From Heterodontus francisci (taxonomy: Eukaryota), in the NCBI RefSeq assembly GCF_036365525.1, contig NC_090399.1:15189558-15253557 (forward strand): a stretch of DNA of 64,000 nt, given 5' to 3'. Below are positions 62,580-64,000 of the stretch, one piece after another. Under the pieces are notes generated by a model. That model worked only from the letters and a program-made list of their open reading frames with translations. It was not told where the DNA came from and did not search any database. Each line of letters starts with the position of its first letter. Within the stretch, counting starts at the first letter, position 1. The translations under genes and the position numbers were made by a program.

Positions 62580-64000
62580 CATACGAACACACGAACATAG
62601 AAATCAGGAGCAGGAGTAGGCTGCTCGGCCCCTCGAGCCTGCTCTGCCATTCAATAAGATCATGGCTGATGTGGATTGTAACCTCAACTCCACATTCCCG
62701 CCTACCTCCAATACCCTTTCATCCCCGTGCTTATCAAGAATCTATCTACCTCTGCCTTAAAAATATTCAAAGATTCTGCTTCCATTGCCTTTTGAGGAAG
62801 CGAGTTCCAAAGACTCATGACCCTCTGAGAGAAAAAAATTCTCCTCATCTCTGTCTTAAATTGGCGACCGCTTATTTTTAAATAGTGACCCCTAGTTCTA
62901 GATTCTCCCGCAATGGGAAACATCCTTTCCACATCCACCCTGTCCAGACCCCTCAGGATCTTATATGTTTCAATCAAGTCGCCTCTTACTTTTCTAAACT
63001 CCAGCAGATATAAGTCTAATCTGTTCAACCTTTCCTCATAAGACAAACTGCCCATTCCAGGTATTAGTCTAGTAAACCTTCGCTGAACTGCTTCCAATGC
63101 ATATACATCCTTCCTTAAGTATGGAGACCAACACTGTACACAGTACTCCAGATATGGTCTCACCTACTTTTATATTCAATTCCCCTTGCAATAAACGATA
63201 AACTTATATTAGCTTTCCTAATTACTTGCTGTACCTGCATACTGCCCTTTTTGACATTCATGCACTAGGACACCCAGATCGCTCTGCCTCTCAGATCACT
63301 TCTATCTATCACCATTTAGATAATATGCTTCTTTTTTATTCTTACTGCCAAAATAGACAATTTCACATTTTTCCACATTATACTCCATTTGCCAGATCTT
63401 TGCCCACTCACTTAGCCTATCTAGATCCCTTTGTAATCTCCTTATGTCCTCTTTGCCACTTACTTTCCTACCTATCTTTGTGTCATCAGCAAATTTACCA
63501 ACTATACTTTCGGTCCTTTCACCCAAGTCATTTATATAAATTGTAAAAATTTGAGGCCCCGGCACACCACTCGTTACATATTTCCAAACAGAAAATGGTC
63601 CATTTATGCCTATTCTCTGTTTTCTGTTAGCTAGTCAATCTTCTATCCATGCCAATATGCTACCCCCTACACCATGAGCTTTTATTTTCCACAATAACCT
63701 TTGATGTGGCACCTTATCAAATGCCTTCTGGAAATCTAACTACAGTACGTCCACGGGTTCCCCTTTATCCACAGCATATTTTACGTCTCCAAAGAACTCC
63801 ATTAAATGGTTAAACATGATTTCCCTTTCACAAAACCATGTTGACTCTGCCTGATCACCTTGAATTTTTCTAAATGTCCTGCTATAACCTCTTTAATAAT
63901 AGTTTCTAACATTTTCCCTATGACAGATGATAAGTGAATTGGCCTGTAGTTTCCCACTTTCTATCTCCCTCCCTTTTTTAATAAAGGAGTTACACTGGCT
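62580..64000 (-). mobile_element. CR1 fragment running off the window
   Basis: GKFADDTKIG and RPYLEYCVQCWSP. Confidence 0.92.

Larger units (their letters stand above)
46240..62580 (+). repeat. Segmental duplication copy 2
   Basis: See copy 1; a sampled 100-nt intron window is about 81% identical (hand count). Confidence 0.9.

Overview
Vertebrate genomic DNA, very likely a cartilaginous fish (shark), judged from its CR1/HER1-like LINEs, HE1-like and Deu-type SINEs, and L2, Penelope, RTE and Gmr1-like Gypsy relics. Most of the window is decayed transposon sequence. Between the repeats lie two minus-strand paralogous genes from an old tandem segmental duplication with an offset of about 42 kb. 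Each encodes a single germline-joined VJ-type Ig domain resembling NKp30/NCR3. I reconstructed frame-consistent exon chains by hand: leader, VJ exon, TM exon, cytoplasmic micro-exons and a terminal exon, followed by a conserved AATAAA. Gene A (9192-19856, about 237 aa) has a charged E-R pair in the TM helix, and its membrane-proximal ITIM is removed by an in-frame 12-nt deletion plus two Tyr/Cys differences. Gene B (50883-61698, about 225 aa) has G-G at those TM positions and an intact ITIM (LHYAEL), kept in frame by two apparently compensating micro-exon losses. This looks like an activating/inhibitory paired NKp30-like receptor cluster with an FG-loop diversification patch. Other notable structures are a perfect 215-bp fold-back, an inverted copy of the TM splice donor, a young CR1 with an uninterrupted ORF, a half-V relic, orphan ITIM-like exons and Penelope hammerhead motifs. 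All gene models are predictions from sequence alone, with no expression data.
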